A DNA stretch of 64,000 bases from Octopus sinensis (GCF_006345805.1 NC_043013.1:19406001-19470000); one strand, 5' to 3'. Counted from the first letter of the stretch, positions 37,867 to 52,466 are shown. The notes: a model not told the origin generated them from the sequence alone. Made by a program: numbers and translations.

Positions 37867-38289
37867 ATATGTATATATTTACTATAAAATATATATAGAT
37901 ATATACACGCACGCACACACACATAAATATATAGTTATGTGTGTATGTAGTCAAATGTGCACATGCAGGTGTTTAGCATAATTGCACACTGAAATAACAT
38001 GCCCATGCATACATGCACACAATTCTTACATCCATCCATGCATCCATGCATCCACGCATCCATGTTTCCACATGCGTGTATGTTTCTATGTGACACAGAT
38101 ACACATCTGTACGTACAAATACCTTTATACACTCGTAATCGTATATTTTTGCACAAAATCCATTGATCCACAGATGTACTTATACGTATTTATACATACA
38201 TATACACATGCACTCATATATTCATACATAGATACACATGCATATTTATACACACAAATATAAATTGTTGTTATATTAGCGTTAGGAAA

Positions 38290-38520
38290 GGCGGCGAGCT
38301 GGCAGAAACGTTAGCAGGCCGGGCGAAATTCTTAGCGGTATTTCGCCTGTCGCTACTTTCTGAGTTCAAATTCCGCCGAGGTTGACTTTGCCTTTCATCC
38401 TTTCGGGGTCGATAAATTAAGAACCAGTTACGCACTGGGGTCGATGTAATCGACTTAATCCGTTTGTCTGTCCTTGTTTGTCCCCTCTGTGTTTAGCCCC
38501 TTGTGGGTAGTAAAGAAATA
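38290..38520 (+). mobile_element. SINE family A, young
   Basis: Perfect 17-bp TSD TATATTAGCGTTAGGAA (38272-38288 / 38521-38537). Confidence 0.95.
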
Positions 38521-38649
38521 TATATTAGCGTTAGGAATAGAGATATTTCGTAGTCATAGTCTGGGGCGTCTCCCTATACCGTAACTCCAATAAGGTCATC
38601 TCATAGATTTTAACCAACACCGGCAGAGGTAGAGCAATGTTTACCCAGT

Positions 38650-39260
38650 TCTATATATTAGAATTTTTACCTATCCATCTCGTGGGTTTATTATAAATGG
38701 CGCTAAATTTCGCTAGGTACATGCTGAATTTGAGCAATGAGGATATTAACATCGTCGTACAAGCCAGAAAAAAATCCTATTGTTGACGGTCTGAGTAATG
38801 CGAATTAATATTGGAGCCTCCTTTTGGGAGCGTTCTATTCTACTGTATGTTACCTTATAGGCCTTTCATTCTAGATAAGCTTAGTAAGAAATGTTCAACT
38901 ATCTTTGGCTTCTATAAGGACGGTGCTTTGACCCTATCGAGACGGGGCGAACAGCCACAGATTCGATAGATTCTTGTAAAAAGTCAAACGCATATCCTAA
39001 TTTCTCTTAAGAGCAAGTTTACAATAGAAATCGATTAGAAATTGATCGATTTCCTGGATTTAATATTAGACGGAAACCCTGGTATCTTACAGAAAAAAAA
39101 AATGAACGAGAAGCTGACATAAATTAACGTAGGCTCCTGCCCTCTAGATATAGTATTCCGGAATCTGGTCATCTGCATTTCCAGCCTACCTTCGAATAAG
39201 ATTTTCGAGGCCGCAGGGTCGTACAACAACGAGATCCTTATCACCTATGGTTTTATGAAT
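38650..39260 (+). pseudogene. Penelope-like reverse transcriptase relic
   Basis: ALNFARYMLNLSNEDINIVVQARK, GFYKDGAL (~GLYRDDGL), DFLDLIL and AAGSYNNE segments. Confidence 0.65.
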
Positions 39261-39669
39261 ATAACACATAAACAAAGTCTCAAGGATTGTTTTAAGATAC
39301 ATGGCGTATTTTATAAATATGCATGTTCAAGTATCATAATAGCATGAAACTATTAGCAGCTTTTTGATTGTGTATCTAATTTGATGTGTGTTGTGTGTGT
39401 TGTGTGTATGTATGTATAGAGGTTTCTGCATAGGTTCCACCTACAAATCACACTCACAAAATATTGATTGCTCCAAGGCTGTGTTCAAGATAGCTACCCA
39501 GGAACTTGTGCAATGGAATCGAACCAGGAGTTATATAACTGTAATTTTGAGGGAGGTGGGTAAAGTGGATGACAGTAACTCCAATGTTTGACTGGTACTC
39601 TGAGTATCTACATCGGCTGGCTTAGAACTCTTAACGTAAAAAGCCGGAACAAATAGCGCAAGACGAAGA

Positions 39670-40290
39670 AGGACAAGGAGAAGAGGGACAAGGAGAAGAA
39701 GAAGAAGAAGAAGAAGAAGAAGAAGAAGAAGAAGAAAAAGAAGAAGAAGAAGAAAAGAAGAAGAAGAAGAAGAAGAAGAAGAAGAAGAAGAAGAAGAAGA
39801 AGAAGAAGAAGAAGAAGAAGAAGAAGAAGATTCTTACAAACATTTTTTCCTCAAAGTCGTCTGAAACATTTATAAATTCCTCTCTGTCACCGATTAGGTT
39901 TTCTACTCGAAACATCTATCGCGTTCTTACTCCTGAACTTAACATATATAAGCGGTTGAGTATTCCGCAAGTTAGACCTTTGAAATGTGTCATCCAGAAG
40001 GAAGTATTTGTGTGCGTGTGTGTCTGAGAGAGAGAGGGGGTGGAGGGAGGATGGGAGGAGGAGGCGGAGGAAAAGAAGAAGGAGAAGGAGGAGAAGAAGA
40101 AGAAGAAGAAGAAGAAGAAGAAGAAGAAAAGAAGAAGAAGAAGAAGAAGAAGAAGAAGAAGGAGGAGGAGGAGAAGAAGAAGAAGAAGAAGAAGAAGGAG
40201 GAGAAGAAGAAGAAGAAGAAGAAGAAGAAGAAGAAGAAGAAGAAGAAGAAGAAGAAGAAAAAAGATAACAATAACAACAACAATAGCAAC
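39670..40290. repeat. Two (GAA)n arrays (~39690-39830, ~40070-40262)
   Basis: Direct reading. Confidence 0.95.
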
Positions 40291-40810
40291 ATCATCATCA
40301 AAACTGGTCAATTTCCTGTTTTGGAGCGTAATAGCTCTCTCGGATCAGTGTTGGTCTGCGGCCAAAAGAACAAGAACAACATGGGCATCTGTGTCACATC
40401 ATCTTGCTCTCTCTCAACGCTGTTAATAAATCAAAATTCAATTATTCTCTCTAAGTACCTCGTAAGTTTAAATTTCCAAATGAAGAGTACAGTTGAACGA
40501 ATGGAACCCAGCATATCGATGGTACCTATTTTCTGGATCACTGAAGTAGTAAAAGACAAAACTGACGCCAGCAGAACAACGACGAACAACGGCAAGGACT
40601 ATAGATGGCAGCAATAACTGCGAACATTAGTTCCTCTCAGTATGACTTCCTGGCTGACCAATATCATTGTTAATAAAATACCAATCTTGATTCTGTCCTG
40701 AATCCAAAGAATCATAGAAGTAGGTTATAATTCTTCACTTATAAGCACTTACACACTCTGTATATGAGTGTGTATGTGTTTGTATATACACAGACGCGCT
40801 TTCCCCCCCA

Positions 40811-40872
<62 letters not shown>

Positions 40873-41849
40873 ACATATACATATATATTTATATGTACGC
40901 ACACACACGAACACACAGACAGACACATATATGTATGTATGCATACACACATACATAAAGCTCTAAGTGTATATGTGTATGTAAATGTATATACATACCT
41001 ATATATGTGTATGTGTTTGCGCCTGTGTATGTGTTTACGTACATACAGGGACACACATACACACACATATATGTGTGTGGAGGGAATGAGAAGAGAGAGA
41101 GAGAGTGAAAGAGAGAAAGTGAGAAAGGGAGAGAGAGAGAGAGAGACTTGGAAACAGCTTGCGTTGCTTGTATTAGCTTGAGTGTAAATATATAGGAAAA
41201 TTATAGCTGTGTATGCCTTTATGTGTATATATATATATGTGCATGCGTGTTAGGGTGTGTACCTGTATTTATACACACGTCTTCAATACATGCATATATG
41301 TTTATCAATTGCAGCCTTTTTTTCTGTTGGCGGTGGTATATATTTTGCATCAGCAGAATCCAATCGAAGACCGGTTGATATAAAACATATCATATACAGC
41401 TGATATCAACTGAGCTATTCTTCCTCAGCCTATATTACCTCTCTGTCTCTGCCTATCTCTCTTTCGCTGTCTTTGATGTATGCCAATTATCCAATGGACA
41501 ATGGATATCAAATAGAATGGGGAGCAAATAGAATGGAAACCTTTTGAAGAAAGTCGATTAGATGAATGAACTTATCTCCATGTCAATATCTCTCTACTTA
41601 TATTAGTTACAATGTTTATGGTTTTATTCTGTTTTTGTTTTGTTTTGTTTTTCTTGTTTCATTTTTGGTGATAATACCTGTGTGAAATGGAGGAAGGTTG
41701 GCGGTGGTGGTGGTGGTGGGGGGGAGAGTCAACGGAGCAAGCAGCGATAGATGTGAGGCAAATGGAAGCGATAAAAGAGTTAATACCATTATTTTTATCT
41801 CCGCAGAGATTTGGATTGACGGCAGTATGTATAATCACCATTGCTGTTG

Positions 41850-42307
41850 CTACCATCGTCGTTGCAATCGTCGTTGCCATCGACGTTGCCATTGTCGTTG
41901 CTATCATCGTCGTCGGCGTCGACGTCGTCGTCGTTGTCGTCGTTGTCGTCAGCGTCATCATCGTTAACAACGCGGTCATATATCTTTAACGCCACCATCG
42001 TAATTCGCCTCCTCCATTTGTGTCGTAATCATCCTCTTCATCATCATTACCATCATCATCATCATCATCATCATTACCATCATCATCATCATCATCATCA
42101 TTATCATCATCATCATCATCATCATCACCATTTCAGACTTCGCCATCATTTATTCTCATCACCTTGACCATCATCATAATCGTCAACGTTAACCTCCTCC
42201 TCCTCCTCTTCCTCCTCCTCCCCCTCTTCATCATCATCATCATCATCATCATCATCGACGTCGTCGAGTAGTCGTCATAATTGTCGTTATCGTTATCGCC
42301 ATCGTTG

Positions 42308-42338
<31 letters not shown>

Positions 42339-42660
42339 CATCATCTTCATCATCATCAGCAGCAGCAACCGCAGCAGCAGCAGAAGCAGCGATAGCAGCA
42401 GCAACAGCAGCAGTAGTATCATTACCATCACCATCATCATTGTGTATCTCCACTACCGCTACCAACACCATAACTTCCATCATCCCACGATCATCATAAT
42501 CATCTCCATTATCATCAGCCCTCCCACCACACTAATAACCACACCCATAACAACAACAGCAGCAACAATCACATCAACAGCTTCACCACAACCACCACCA
42601 CCACCACCACCGTCACCACCATCAACAACAACAACAACAACTCTAACAACAACACAATAA
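41850..42660. repeat. Mosaic trinucleotide repeats (CGT/CAT/CCT/CAG/CCA/CAA)
   Basis: Direct reading. Confidence 0.9.
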
Positions 42661-42692
42661 TCCTTTCACAATTCTTGAAATTTGTGATGAAG

Positions 42693-43136
42693 CTCATAAT
42701 CGATTACATCGACCCCAGAATTCAACTGGTACCAATGAAGATCGTAGTCAAACTCGACGGAATTTGAACTAAGAACGTAAAGACGGACGAAAATACTGCA
42801 AAACACTTTTCTCCAAAACCCTAACGATTCAACCAGTTCGCAATATTTGGTTTCAAATATTAGCACAAAGACAATAATCTAAGGGGGTGGGCTAAGTCGA
42901 TTACATCGACCCCTAAAACTTGACTGGTTATTTTATTTTAACGATCCTTGAAGGATGAAAGGCTAAGTTGATCGTGGCAGTTTCTTTTTTTAACTCAGAA
43001 CAATAAAGAACCGGAAAATTTCTGGTCGTCATTTTATTCGACTTGCAAACCATTCTATCACCTCGTCACTTTAATAGCAACAATTACATTATCTAGATAA
43101 ATCAACCAACGAATGAACCAATAAAATTATATAAAG

Positions 43137-43188
<52 letters not shown>

Positions 43189-43620
43189 TCATTGTTATTA
43201 TTATCATTATTAACATACTGGCTGAATCGTTAGTACGCCGGAAAAAAATGTTTAGCAGCATTTTATCCGCCCTTACATTCTGCGTTCAATTACCTCCGAA
43301 GTCAACTTTCGATTTTATTCTTTCGGGTCGATAAAATAAGTCCAAGTCAAGTATTAGGGATCGACGTAATCGACTGTACCACTCACCAAAAACTGCAGAT
43401 CTCGTGATTTAGCCCACCAGGTGGAATGCTTAACGCCATTTAGTCCGTCTTCCCGTACTGAGTTCAAATTCCACCAAGGTCGATTTTGCCTTTCATTCTT
43501 TATTTTATCAGGGTAGATAAAATAAGTACCAGCTGCGCACTGGTAACAACTTAATCGACTTAACCCTCTTCTCCAAAATCACAGTCCTTTTGCCAAAACT
43601 TGGAATCATTACTAAAATTA
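42693..43620. mobile_element. Cluster of four degenerate family A-related SINEs (two minus, then two plus)
   Basis: GTCGATTACATCGACCCC / GGATGAAAGGC at 42693 and 42885; TTCGGGTCGATAAAATAAG at ~43320 and ~43510. Confidence 0.65.
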
Positions 43621-43690
43621 TTATTTTTAATTTTATTTTATTTTTACTATTGTATACTATATATTCTTCATTTCTCAGTTTAATTGTATA

Positions 43691-43860
43691 TCAGGTCATC
43701 CCATAAGTTCTGTCCGAATTTTGAATAAAGAAAACAAGTGATCGAATGTTATATTTGATTGAAATTTAATCATCAATGCACTTTCCCTGATTATCTATGA
43801 CTTCCTTCCATCTATTTACAAGCTTTTTAATCTCATCAATGTAAAACACTTTTGGTTTCA
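43691..43860 (-). mobile_element. Mariner 3' end relic
   Basis: TA|TCAGGTCATCCCATAAGTT terminus; minus frame KVFYIDEIKKLVNRWKEVIDNQGKCIDD*. Confidence 0.7.
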
Positions 43861-46447
43861 AAGCGAAGAACGCTGGCCAGATTGGAGCAATCTCGAGTAT
43901 AACAAACTGAAATTGCAAAGATAATCTGGGACTTGATTGAGGAAAGAAAGCCCCGAATGATCCGTCCTTGTTTTTTCTTGTGCCTTTTTTGTATCATCAT
44001 CCTGGATGTTTTGCATTCTTGTCCCAATTTTTGTATCCCTTTATATATATATATATTCCCCTCATTTCATTATATGTAAGCCTGTATCACGAATACTCTA
44101 GTATCTATATATCCAGACATATTTGTATAGTATGTATTCTTCTTGTCCTTTGTTTAGTCTGTCTTCATCTGCTTTTATCTAAACCTCTGCATTACAAACA
44201 GCCTATTTTCAACTGCGATCTCGTGGTATGTAAAAGAAAAAAAGAAAAACTTCTACATTATGCGCAGCCTGTATTCATAAGCGCCCCCGTGGAAGTAAAA
44301 ATATCATTGATGTTATCATTGCGGTATTTGGTCCGGTTCTTCACGCTCTGATTGCAAATCTCACAGCGATCAACTTTGACTTTTATCTTTCCGGAATCAA
44401 TATATAAAGAATCAGTTATGTGTTGGGATCGATATAATCGACCAATTCTTAAGCTCTGGTTTCTGGACTTCTGCGTAATCGTCATAAATAGGTAGTGTAG
44501 TACTTTTCAATGCCATACCATCTGTGATTAAGTCTAAAACGGATAATATCTAGTACAGGATCCAATGACAGAGAGGAATAGCCTTACAGGGGTATACTTG
44601 GAAAGGTAGAATGAGCAATTGGAAATTGCATCAAGATTTATGTGACAATGGTGGAAATAACTCTCAACGAATTCTTTAATTCAAAACATTTAGCCTAATA
44701 AAACAAGAGGTAAAGCAAAACCGTTTGATGGACTCTAGTGATGGAAGCTTGGTGTGACTAGAAAGCCACAAATCGGCCTTTGATGGACAACGCACGCATG
44801 TGCCACTCGGTTCCAAGTAGACGAATGCGGCTGCACTTTGCTCGACTGTCTGGAGGGAGTGATGGACTGTAGACGGTGGTGAAATCAAGTGCTTACCTCC
44901 TAATGACTCACGTCGAATGACGCAAAGTCTTGTGTAAGGCCGATAACATTAGGTGAAATACGGAAGATGACATGCGCTGCGCAAGTGACAAAGGGCAAAC
45001 TTAAATCGGGATTTGTACATATATTCTGGGAAAGAGAAGGTAAAAATAATGATTAGTCATAGAGGTCAGCTGCCCTATAAATGTAAGCATTCTTTCAGAC
45101 TCAGCGAGAAGTATATTTATGGGAAGGTTTCTAAGAATTTGCACTTTTTTTTACCATGATTACAAATTCACATTTATACCAATAATTACTGATTCGCTTA
45201 GCTATGTTATTAAACATCTAAATGTCAAGCAAGAAAAAAACTAGAATTTTCAACAAAAAGAAAGAAAAAAAAAAGAAATGAAATCCACAAACTCATATTT
45301 GCAGACACAATCTGTAAGAGGAGCAATAAATATATGCGAGATTTTTCTAAACTTCAACATGTAACATCGTTTTTCTTATCCAATTTCTAACGACGGGGTT
45401 TCTTTTTCAGTGTTACAAATTACCATTTTTCAATGAAGAATTCTGGTGGAGAAAACCCCATCCGCACATATACCAAAGTAAATATATATACTAACAAATG
45501 TATTTATATGTTGTACGTATGCATTACTTGTATTTTTGTTAGAGTTATACACTCAGCAGTGACTTATTTGATTACTATAAAACGACGAAAAAAGATTCCT
45601 CTCTTGGCTCTATGAGTAGAATAAAAATATATCAGGAAGAATTTCACCTAGTACTAAATTATTCCACAACAAAACAATCACGTCAAGCACTACATTTTTG
45701 GAACACAAGAAGAGACTGGTTGGTGATTGTAACTTTTTCCGAAAATTAAAGAACGCAATTTTATTTCCCACAGCGTGAATACTGCACAAATAGAACTACG
45801 TGAACATACTCCAAAACACACATTTGCGATCACAACGATGATGCAACACATCACAAAAGACCAAATTCCTATTGCTACTATATTACCCAGTAGTCAATCT
45901 GACCGTCCACAGCACAGCATCAGTAGCAGTAGTGATGATGATAATAATTGTGCTACGAGCTGGAAGCAGCGGTATTTTTACTTCATTTTGAAAACACCTG
46001 CTATAAAGGGTTTCAGTTAATTAGCATTATTGGAAGTATGACTGAGCTGGTGTTGATGTGATCAAAGAAATCGGGGAAATTCTTACGACAAAATAATACG
46101 CCTTGATTATGGCAAATAAATGCTTGATTATATACCCTCTCATCAAATGCCAAGTCCTACCTTGTAGGTACGGAGCAAGTAAAAGAAAGCAAAATTAATG
46201 GAAAACAATAGCCATCATTGATTTGGAACAAGATCGTTGATCAGTGAAAGACTATCATTTATGTGGTGTTGTTTATCACTTATAAATAAACAGATAGCTG
46301 CGCTTGTTACCTTCAGGAAAGAGGAAAATAAAATAGAAAGAACGTTTGGAAATGGTAAAATGAGAAGAGAATTAATGAGCCTGATACAGGAGTAAGAGTC
46401 TGTCAAGGAAAGCATCTCGCATCGGAACAGAAGAGCCTAAACAAATA

Positions 46448-47010
46448 TTGGGTTGTCCGGAAAGTTCGTGCCGATTTTTAAAGGAAACAAAAAGGTCAAT
46501 AAATACTTGCTATTACATTTTTAATCAACCAAATATGAACCATTTTGTTGCACAATGCGTCTCCATCTTTCCTTTAACTTGAAAATACCTTTTTACCAGA
46601 ATTGAGGTGGTTTCATGGCAAAGAATTCATCAAGGTATCTGTTTACGTCATTCGAGGAATTGAACTTTTTACCATTAAGACTATTCTGCAGAGACCTGAG
46701 TAAGTGGAAATCCGAAGGAGCAATATCTGGTGAATATGGAAGGTGGGGTAACACAGCCAAGCCGAGCTGCAGCAATTTTTGTCTGGTTCCCAAAGCATCA
46801 AGTGCCGAAAATGAACTTTCTTATCTTCCATTTTAAAGGGTTACAGAAATAACACAGGTTATAGGAACATAGACCTTCCACGAAAAGATAGCTTAAACTA
46901 CATTCTAAATAGAGGTGTAGTAAAATCCTATTTTATGGACTCAACCATGTTCTAAAATAAGTCGAAAGGTAATCTACTATAAATCGGCACGAAGTTTCCG
47001 GACAACCCAA
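46448..47010 (-). mobile_element. Internally deleted mariner (563 bp)
   Basis: 30-bp TIRs TTGGGTTGTCCGGAAA(G/C)TTCGTGCCGATTT with one mismatch, TA flanks; MEDKKVHFRHLMLWE joined to HLPYSPDIAPSDFHL. Confidence 0.95.
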
Positions 47011-47454
47011 TATAATTATTAATAAATTCAGCTGAAACCACTCAGAATGTTTGCAGACATATGAGAAGGCAGTCCATAAATATCACAGTCATCCCTTCTT
47101 AGGAAGATACACATTAATTAATGAATAAAATCCAGAGTGATAGGCAGGAATTTAAGGAAGATATAGCAAGGCGAAAAGAAATTCAAAAAGAAATGTTGTT
47201 CTACGTTACATCCAACACACAGTGATGATATTCTTGAGACTTATTAGAGAAGTATCATGAAGAGACTTGATTGCTGGATATTGGTACAAAAACTTTTCCT
47301 TCCTCAGGAGTATCTAAAATGGTAAAAGTCGAAGACGAATTTGGTGGGATTTGAACACAGAGCGCAAAACATCTGAACAAAATAAGGCCAAGCCCTTTAT
47401 TTAACTCACTGGCAACTCTACTCACTCTTACTGTCTATCTTTGACATTTTTTTA

Positions 47455-47630
47455 GTTTTACATGTTTCAGTCATTAGACTGCAGCCATACAGGGGCACCA
47501 CTTTGAAGAATTCTTATTCGACCCAGTACTTATTTTTTTAAAGCCTGGTACTTATTCTATCAGGATCTTTTTGACAAACAGCTAGTGTTACGTGGACATA
47601 AACACACTAACACCGGTTGTCAAGCAGTTG
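47455..47630 (-). mobile_element. SINE family B tail fragment
   Basis: TTTCAGTCATTAGACTGCAGCCAT...AAGCCTGGTACTTATTCTATC. Confidence 0.65.
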
Positions 47631-48109
47631 AACCAAAATCGCTCCTGATAATATGTTGTTACTTTCTTATGGGTGCTTTAACGATCTTGTTCACTTTGTC
47701 TATTGTTTCATCATTACTTCGCATTTCTAAAGAATTTATGATAATTTTATAGACATATGGTATACACAGTAGTAACTTAGATTTTCACCTAAATACCCAA
47801 TTTAAGATTTGAACTCGCCACTCCCAAATTGAAGTAATTCATCATATTAATAGTCCAGTCGTAAGTACTGCTATACCGCCGCACCAAATCTTTCTCTGTT
47901 CCTCCGTTTGTCTCTCTCTCTCAATTTTCCCCACCCCACGATACACACACACACATAGATATACATGCATACATTCATTCATACATTCGTACATAGTTAG
48001 GTTGGTGTATTTGTGTGCATATTTGTTTGTGTACATGTATATAGATTGATGTATACATACATACTGTATGTATTATATACAGATAGATACACAGACACAC
48101 ACGAGAAAC

Positions 48110-48140
<31 letters not shown>

Positions 48141-48622
48141 TGTATGTATGTTATGTATGTATGTATGTATGCATGTGTGTATGTATGTATCCATGTATCA
48201 GTTGTAGATATGTGCACGTGCGTGTGTGCGTGTGTATCACGTCAAAACCAAAATGGAATCTGAAGAAAAAAATTGTGACGTGACCGGAAACCACTTTGTA
48301 TTGGAGATTTATGGAGAGCGATGAGAATGTAGAAGAATTAGAGTGTAGGGCAGGATATTGCGTTAAGGGTATAAGAAGAGTGTATGAAAACTGCATCTGA
48401 TGGGTTACATTTACATTTAGAATTTACAGACAAAAATAATGCGTTTGTTGTGTTAAGTGAAAGCCTTTTTTGTATAGGTACTCACACATACACATATACA
48501 AGCATATATGCAGCTATACACAGACATACGTACATAAACGCATATACATATATATATATACATACATACCTATATATATGTATAAATATATATGTACACA
48601 CACCGACATATATATATGAATA

Positions 48623-48676
<54 letters not shown>

Positions 48677-49296
48677 GATATATATATGTATATTTATACA
48701 TAACACATACATATACATATATAGGCATGTATGCACATACACATAAGCATATATGTGCATGTATGTATGTAAATGAACGTGAACTTTAAAAGAAATGGAA
48801 TAGGAAATAAAATGCTTAGAACGTCTTAGATTTATGACCAAAAAATAAAAAGAAATATCTTGAATGTAAGGTGAACAAGCCCAAAGAATGGAGAGAGTGG
48901 TAGATAATAGAATCGTTGAATGAGTGAGAATGAGAGAGGGTGGAAAGTGGGGCGAAGGGGGGGGGGCAAAGGAGATGAAAAGTGAATGAGAAAGATAAAG
49001 AGATTGATGTGTCTCTTGAAAAAAAAGACGTTTTGAAATACTAGCTGCTAGAGAGATAAAAAAAAATAAAAAGGGATGAGGAAAATCAAAATGAAAATGG
49101 AAACGGAGGGAAAAAGGAAGGAAAAAAAAACATAAAGGAATATTTTCCGTTTTCGATGAAAAGAGACATATTGGAAAGATATACAGAGTAAACAAACGGA
49201 AGTGCTAGATTATTCAACCGTTCAACCATACAATACCCCACCCCCACCCCCACCCCCACCGCAACGACAACAACAAAGGCAACAATGACAAAAGTA

Positions 49297-49333
<37 letters not shown>

Positions 49334-49909
49334 ATAATAATAATAATAATACTATTACTACCACTACTACTACGACTACTACTATGACAAATATTAATAA
49401 TCATTTTATCTACTGTAGCCAAAATGTCTGAAATTTTTGGGGGAGGGGGCTAGTCAAACTAACTTCACCGATCCCAAAAGGATGAAAAACAATGTTGATG
49501 TCAGTGGAATTTGAACTTACAAGGAAAAGGCGGACAAAAGCATTTTTGCCTGTCGTGCTAACGATGTTTGCCTGCTAGCCTCCTTAACAACAACAACAAC
49601 AACAACAACAATAACTATGATGGTGATGATGATGATTTATCATAGAGGCACAAGGCCACTTTTAAGAATTGGGGAGAGTCAATAATATGAATCAATCTCA
49701 GCATTTGACTAAGAGTATAATAAAACAGAAAAATGTAAATGTTTTGATGGCTGTTTATTTTCCATTACACGTGTATTATTTGCTAATAGGGATTATAAAG
49801 ATTTACATGTGAGATAGACATGCAAGTAATTAGGAATTCCTCAGAGTCAAATTTTTAACATAGAAGACTAAATGTCTTAGACTTACTTCTGTGCTATTTC
49901 CACCTCCAT

Positions 49910-50007
<98 letters not shown>

Positions 50008-50132
50008 TATGTATGTATACAAACCTTGCGAGTGGATTTGATAGACGGAAATTGAAATAAGTCCATATCATATAATACATACATACATACATACATGCAT
50101 ACCTACCTACATACACACACATATATATATAT

Positions 50133-50165
<33 letters not shown>

Positions 50166-50199
50166 TATATCATATATATATATATATATATATATATTA

Positions 50200-50650
50200 C
50201 GAGTGGAACACACTGATAATAGGTCTCTTGGTTCAATGTCACAGGCACCCATCATCATCCCTATCATATCACCGACTCTTTTACTGCACTTCTAGCAACG
50301 TCATTTACTGCATTTCATGCTCTTTCGGCCACATCCTCATCCCACTCCTACGCCTCCACCCCCGCATCACCATACCCCACCACGCCCCAGCCCACATCCC
50401 ATCACACACTACCACACCAGCACACCACATCACACCATCATCCACACACCCACACATTAGAGACGCACATAATTGCCCACGCACACATCCACACGTCAAA
50501 GTCACTAGCTCCTATCCTCCCCACACACACATTCTCACATACACACACATGCACCTTCGTTCTGGGATCACCAATACTTTATTTCCTCTTCTTTCAAACC
50601 TATTATTTCCAAACCAGTCACCATGCTTGATCGCTAAATCCACAAGTTTC
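50200..50650 (+). pseudogene. Penelope-like GIY-YIG endonuclease fragment and 3' region
   Basis: FYCTSSNVIYCISCS matches the FxCxSxNVIYxIxC start of PLE GIY-YIG domains. Confidence 0.55.
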
Positions 50651-51369
50651 TTTTATTTTCTCTCGCTGTTTATTTGTATCAGGAACCAAATTTCTTACAA
50701 GGCCACATCTGCATCAATAGTGAAAAAAAAAAAAAAAAACCTAATATCTTAAGATTTTCAATTGATTTGATCTCCGTTTGGATTCATATATTTTCTTATA
50801 TTTGTGTATCGTATCTGATTAGGTACAAACTACGAACTTTTTAATTTAAACCAAGAGTAATACTATTATCCTTCAGTGAATCACATTTTCAGATTAATTT
50901 AGAATGTAATGTTGTTATTCCAAATTCACTTGGGTATTAGGTGTATATCTAGGAATAAGAACACTGACAGCAATAACCTGCACAATTCATTTCTTTTCAC
51001 ATTATAAGCCATCCACGGTTTCCGTGAACACTGATGTAGCAGAGAACTGACCTAAAATTCTGTAACCTTATCACGTAACCATCCTTAATCAATCAATCTT
51101 TCCGTCAGTTGACAGCGATCTTAGCCACAAACGACTTTTAGAAGAAAGATTAGAAACGACACAGTTTGCAATATAGCTTTTCTCAAACTAACATTTTTGA
51201 AAATTAAATAAACGTGAAACCGGTTAAGTGTTTTCATTTTAATTTAAATAACTCTTTATATATATTCTCTTTGCATTTTCAGCTTCTCATATGTATGCAT
51301 GTATGTCTGTATGTATACACACATACATGCGCGCATACACACACACAACACACACACATTAATATTTAG

Positions 51370-51493
51370 CAGGAACAACAGAGTGACTCGTGGGCCGGGA
51401 TTTTCGTGCGTTGGCACTTATCAGACTTCATATCAAGTTTGATAAGTGCCAATACACGAAACTCTCGGCACTTGAATGACTTTGTTGATTCTG
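51370..51493. repeat. 124-bp self-complementary hairpin element
   Basis: TTTCGTGCGTTGGCACTTATCA / TGATAAGTGCCAATACACGAAA (20/22) with imperfect pairing out to both ends. Confidence 0.85.
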
Positions 51494-51853
51494 TTGATTT
51501 TTGAACACTTCCAAACGGTAAATCATTTGCAGTTATTCTAACGAAAGAATTTCTAAGTGCACAGTTTGCTCATTATATTTTTTCTGCCGCACATTGTTTG
51601 GTTTCTAGCTGTGTTGAAAAGCAATGCATTATTTCCGTCTCTCTTCCAAAGTACACATCACCTTGACCAACTATTTATAGCAGTTGGCTGCTTGCAGATT
51701 AATTGTTTTCCACTGAATATCATTGTAAACACATGGACGTTTAAGCCTGATGTCTGGAGCCATTATAATAGATATTGAATTTAATATCTACTAATGTAAA
51801 TTGTGAAGTGCCTCTTTATATTTAAATGTATAATTGCATGCAGACATTTACAC

Positions 51854-51896
<43 letters not shown>

Positions 51897-52065
51897 AAGG
51901 GAGAGAAATGAGAGGGAGAGAGAGAGGAGAGGGAGAGAGAGGCAGACAGACAGAAAAAGAGGGGAGAGACTGAGAATGCAAAAAAAATTGTCATGCATAA
52001 GAATCGTTATATAAAACTTTGGCTACATGGTTGCTTCCTGCTATAGTAACCACGCCAAGCATAGA

Positions 52066-52075
52066 CGATGATGAC

Positions 52076-52172
<97 letters not shown>

Positions 52173-52215
52173 CTGATGATGATGATGAAAATAAATGTGG
52201 AAACGATGATGATGA
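52066..52215. repeat. (GAT)n
   Basis: Direct reading; (GA)n follows at ~52470-52615. Confidence 0.95.
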
Positions 52216-52466
52216 TAAAAATCAAAAACACCACACAACAATAACGATCATAATAATAATCGTATAGAAGAAAAAAGGAAAAAAAAACACATTATGAAAA
52301 GATTTTTTAAAAACCCAACTCACTGAACACACCTAGAAATAAAAGATAAGGATTCCCACCATTTGAAGAAATATATTTTAAAGTATTATCCGAAGTGAAG
52401 AAAGAGAACGGCAAAACATTCCTTTCAAAACAGTCTCTCATTCATTGCCCACCTCAACACTTTCAC

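Noticed and set aside
39985-40617. 210-aa ORF and other long low-complexity ORFs (poly-E/K/L/V, YI or HT repeats)
   Set aside because: They are translations of (GAA)n, (CTA)n, (TA)n and (CA)n tracts that lack stop codons; no domain signal.
44258-44485. 75-aa ORF with a CEIC motif
   Set aside because: A single CxxC with no second ligand pair, an in-frame stop just upstream and no recognisable family.
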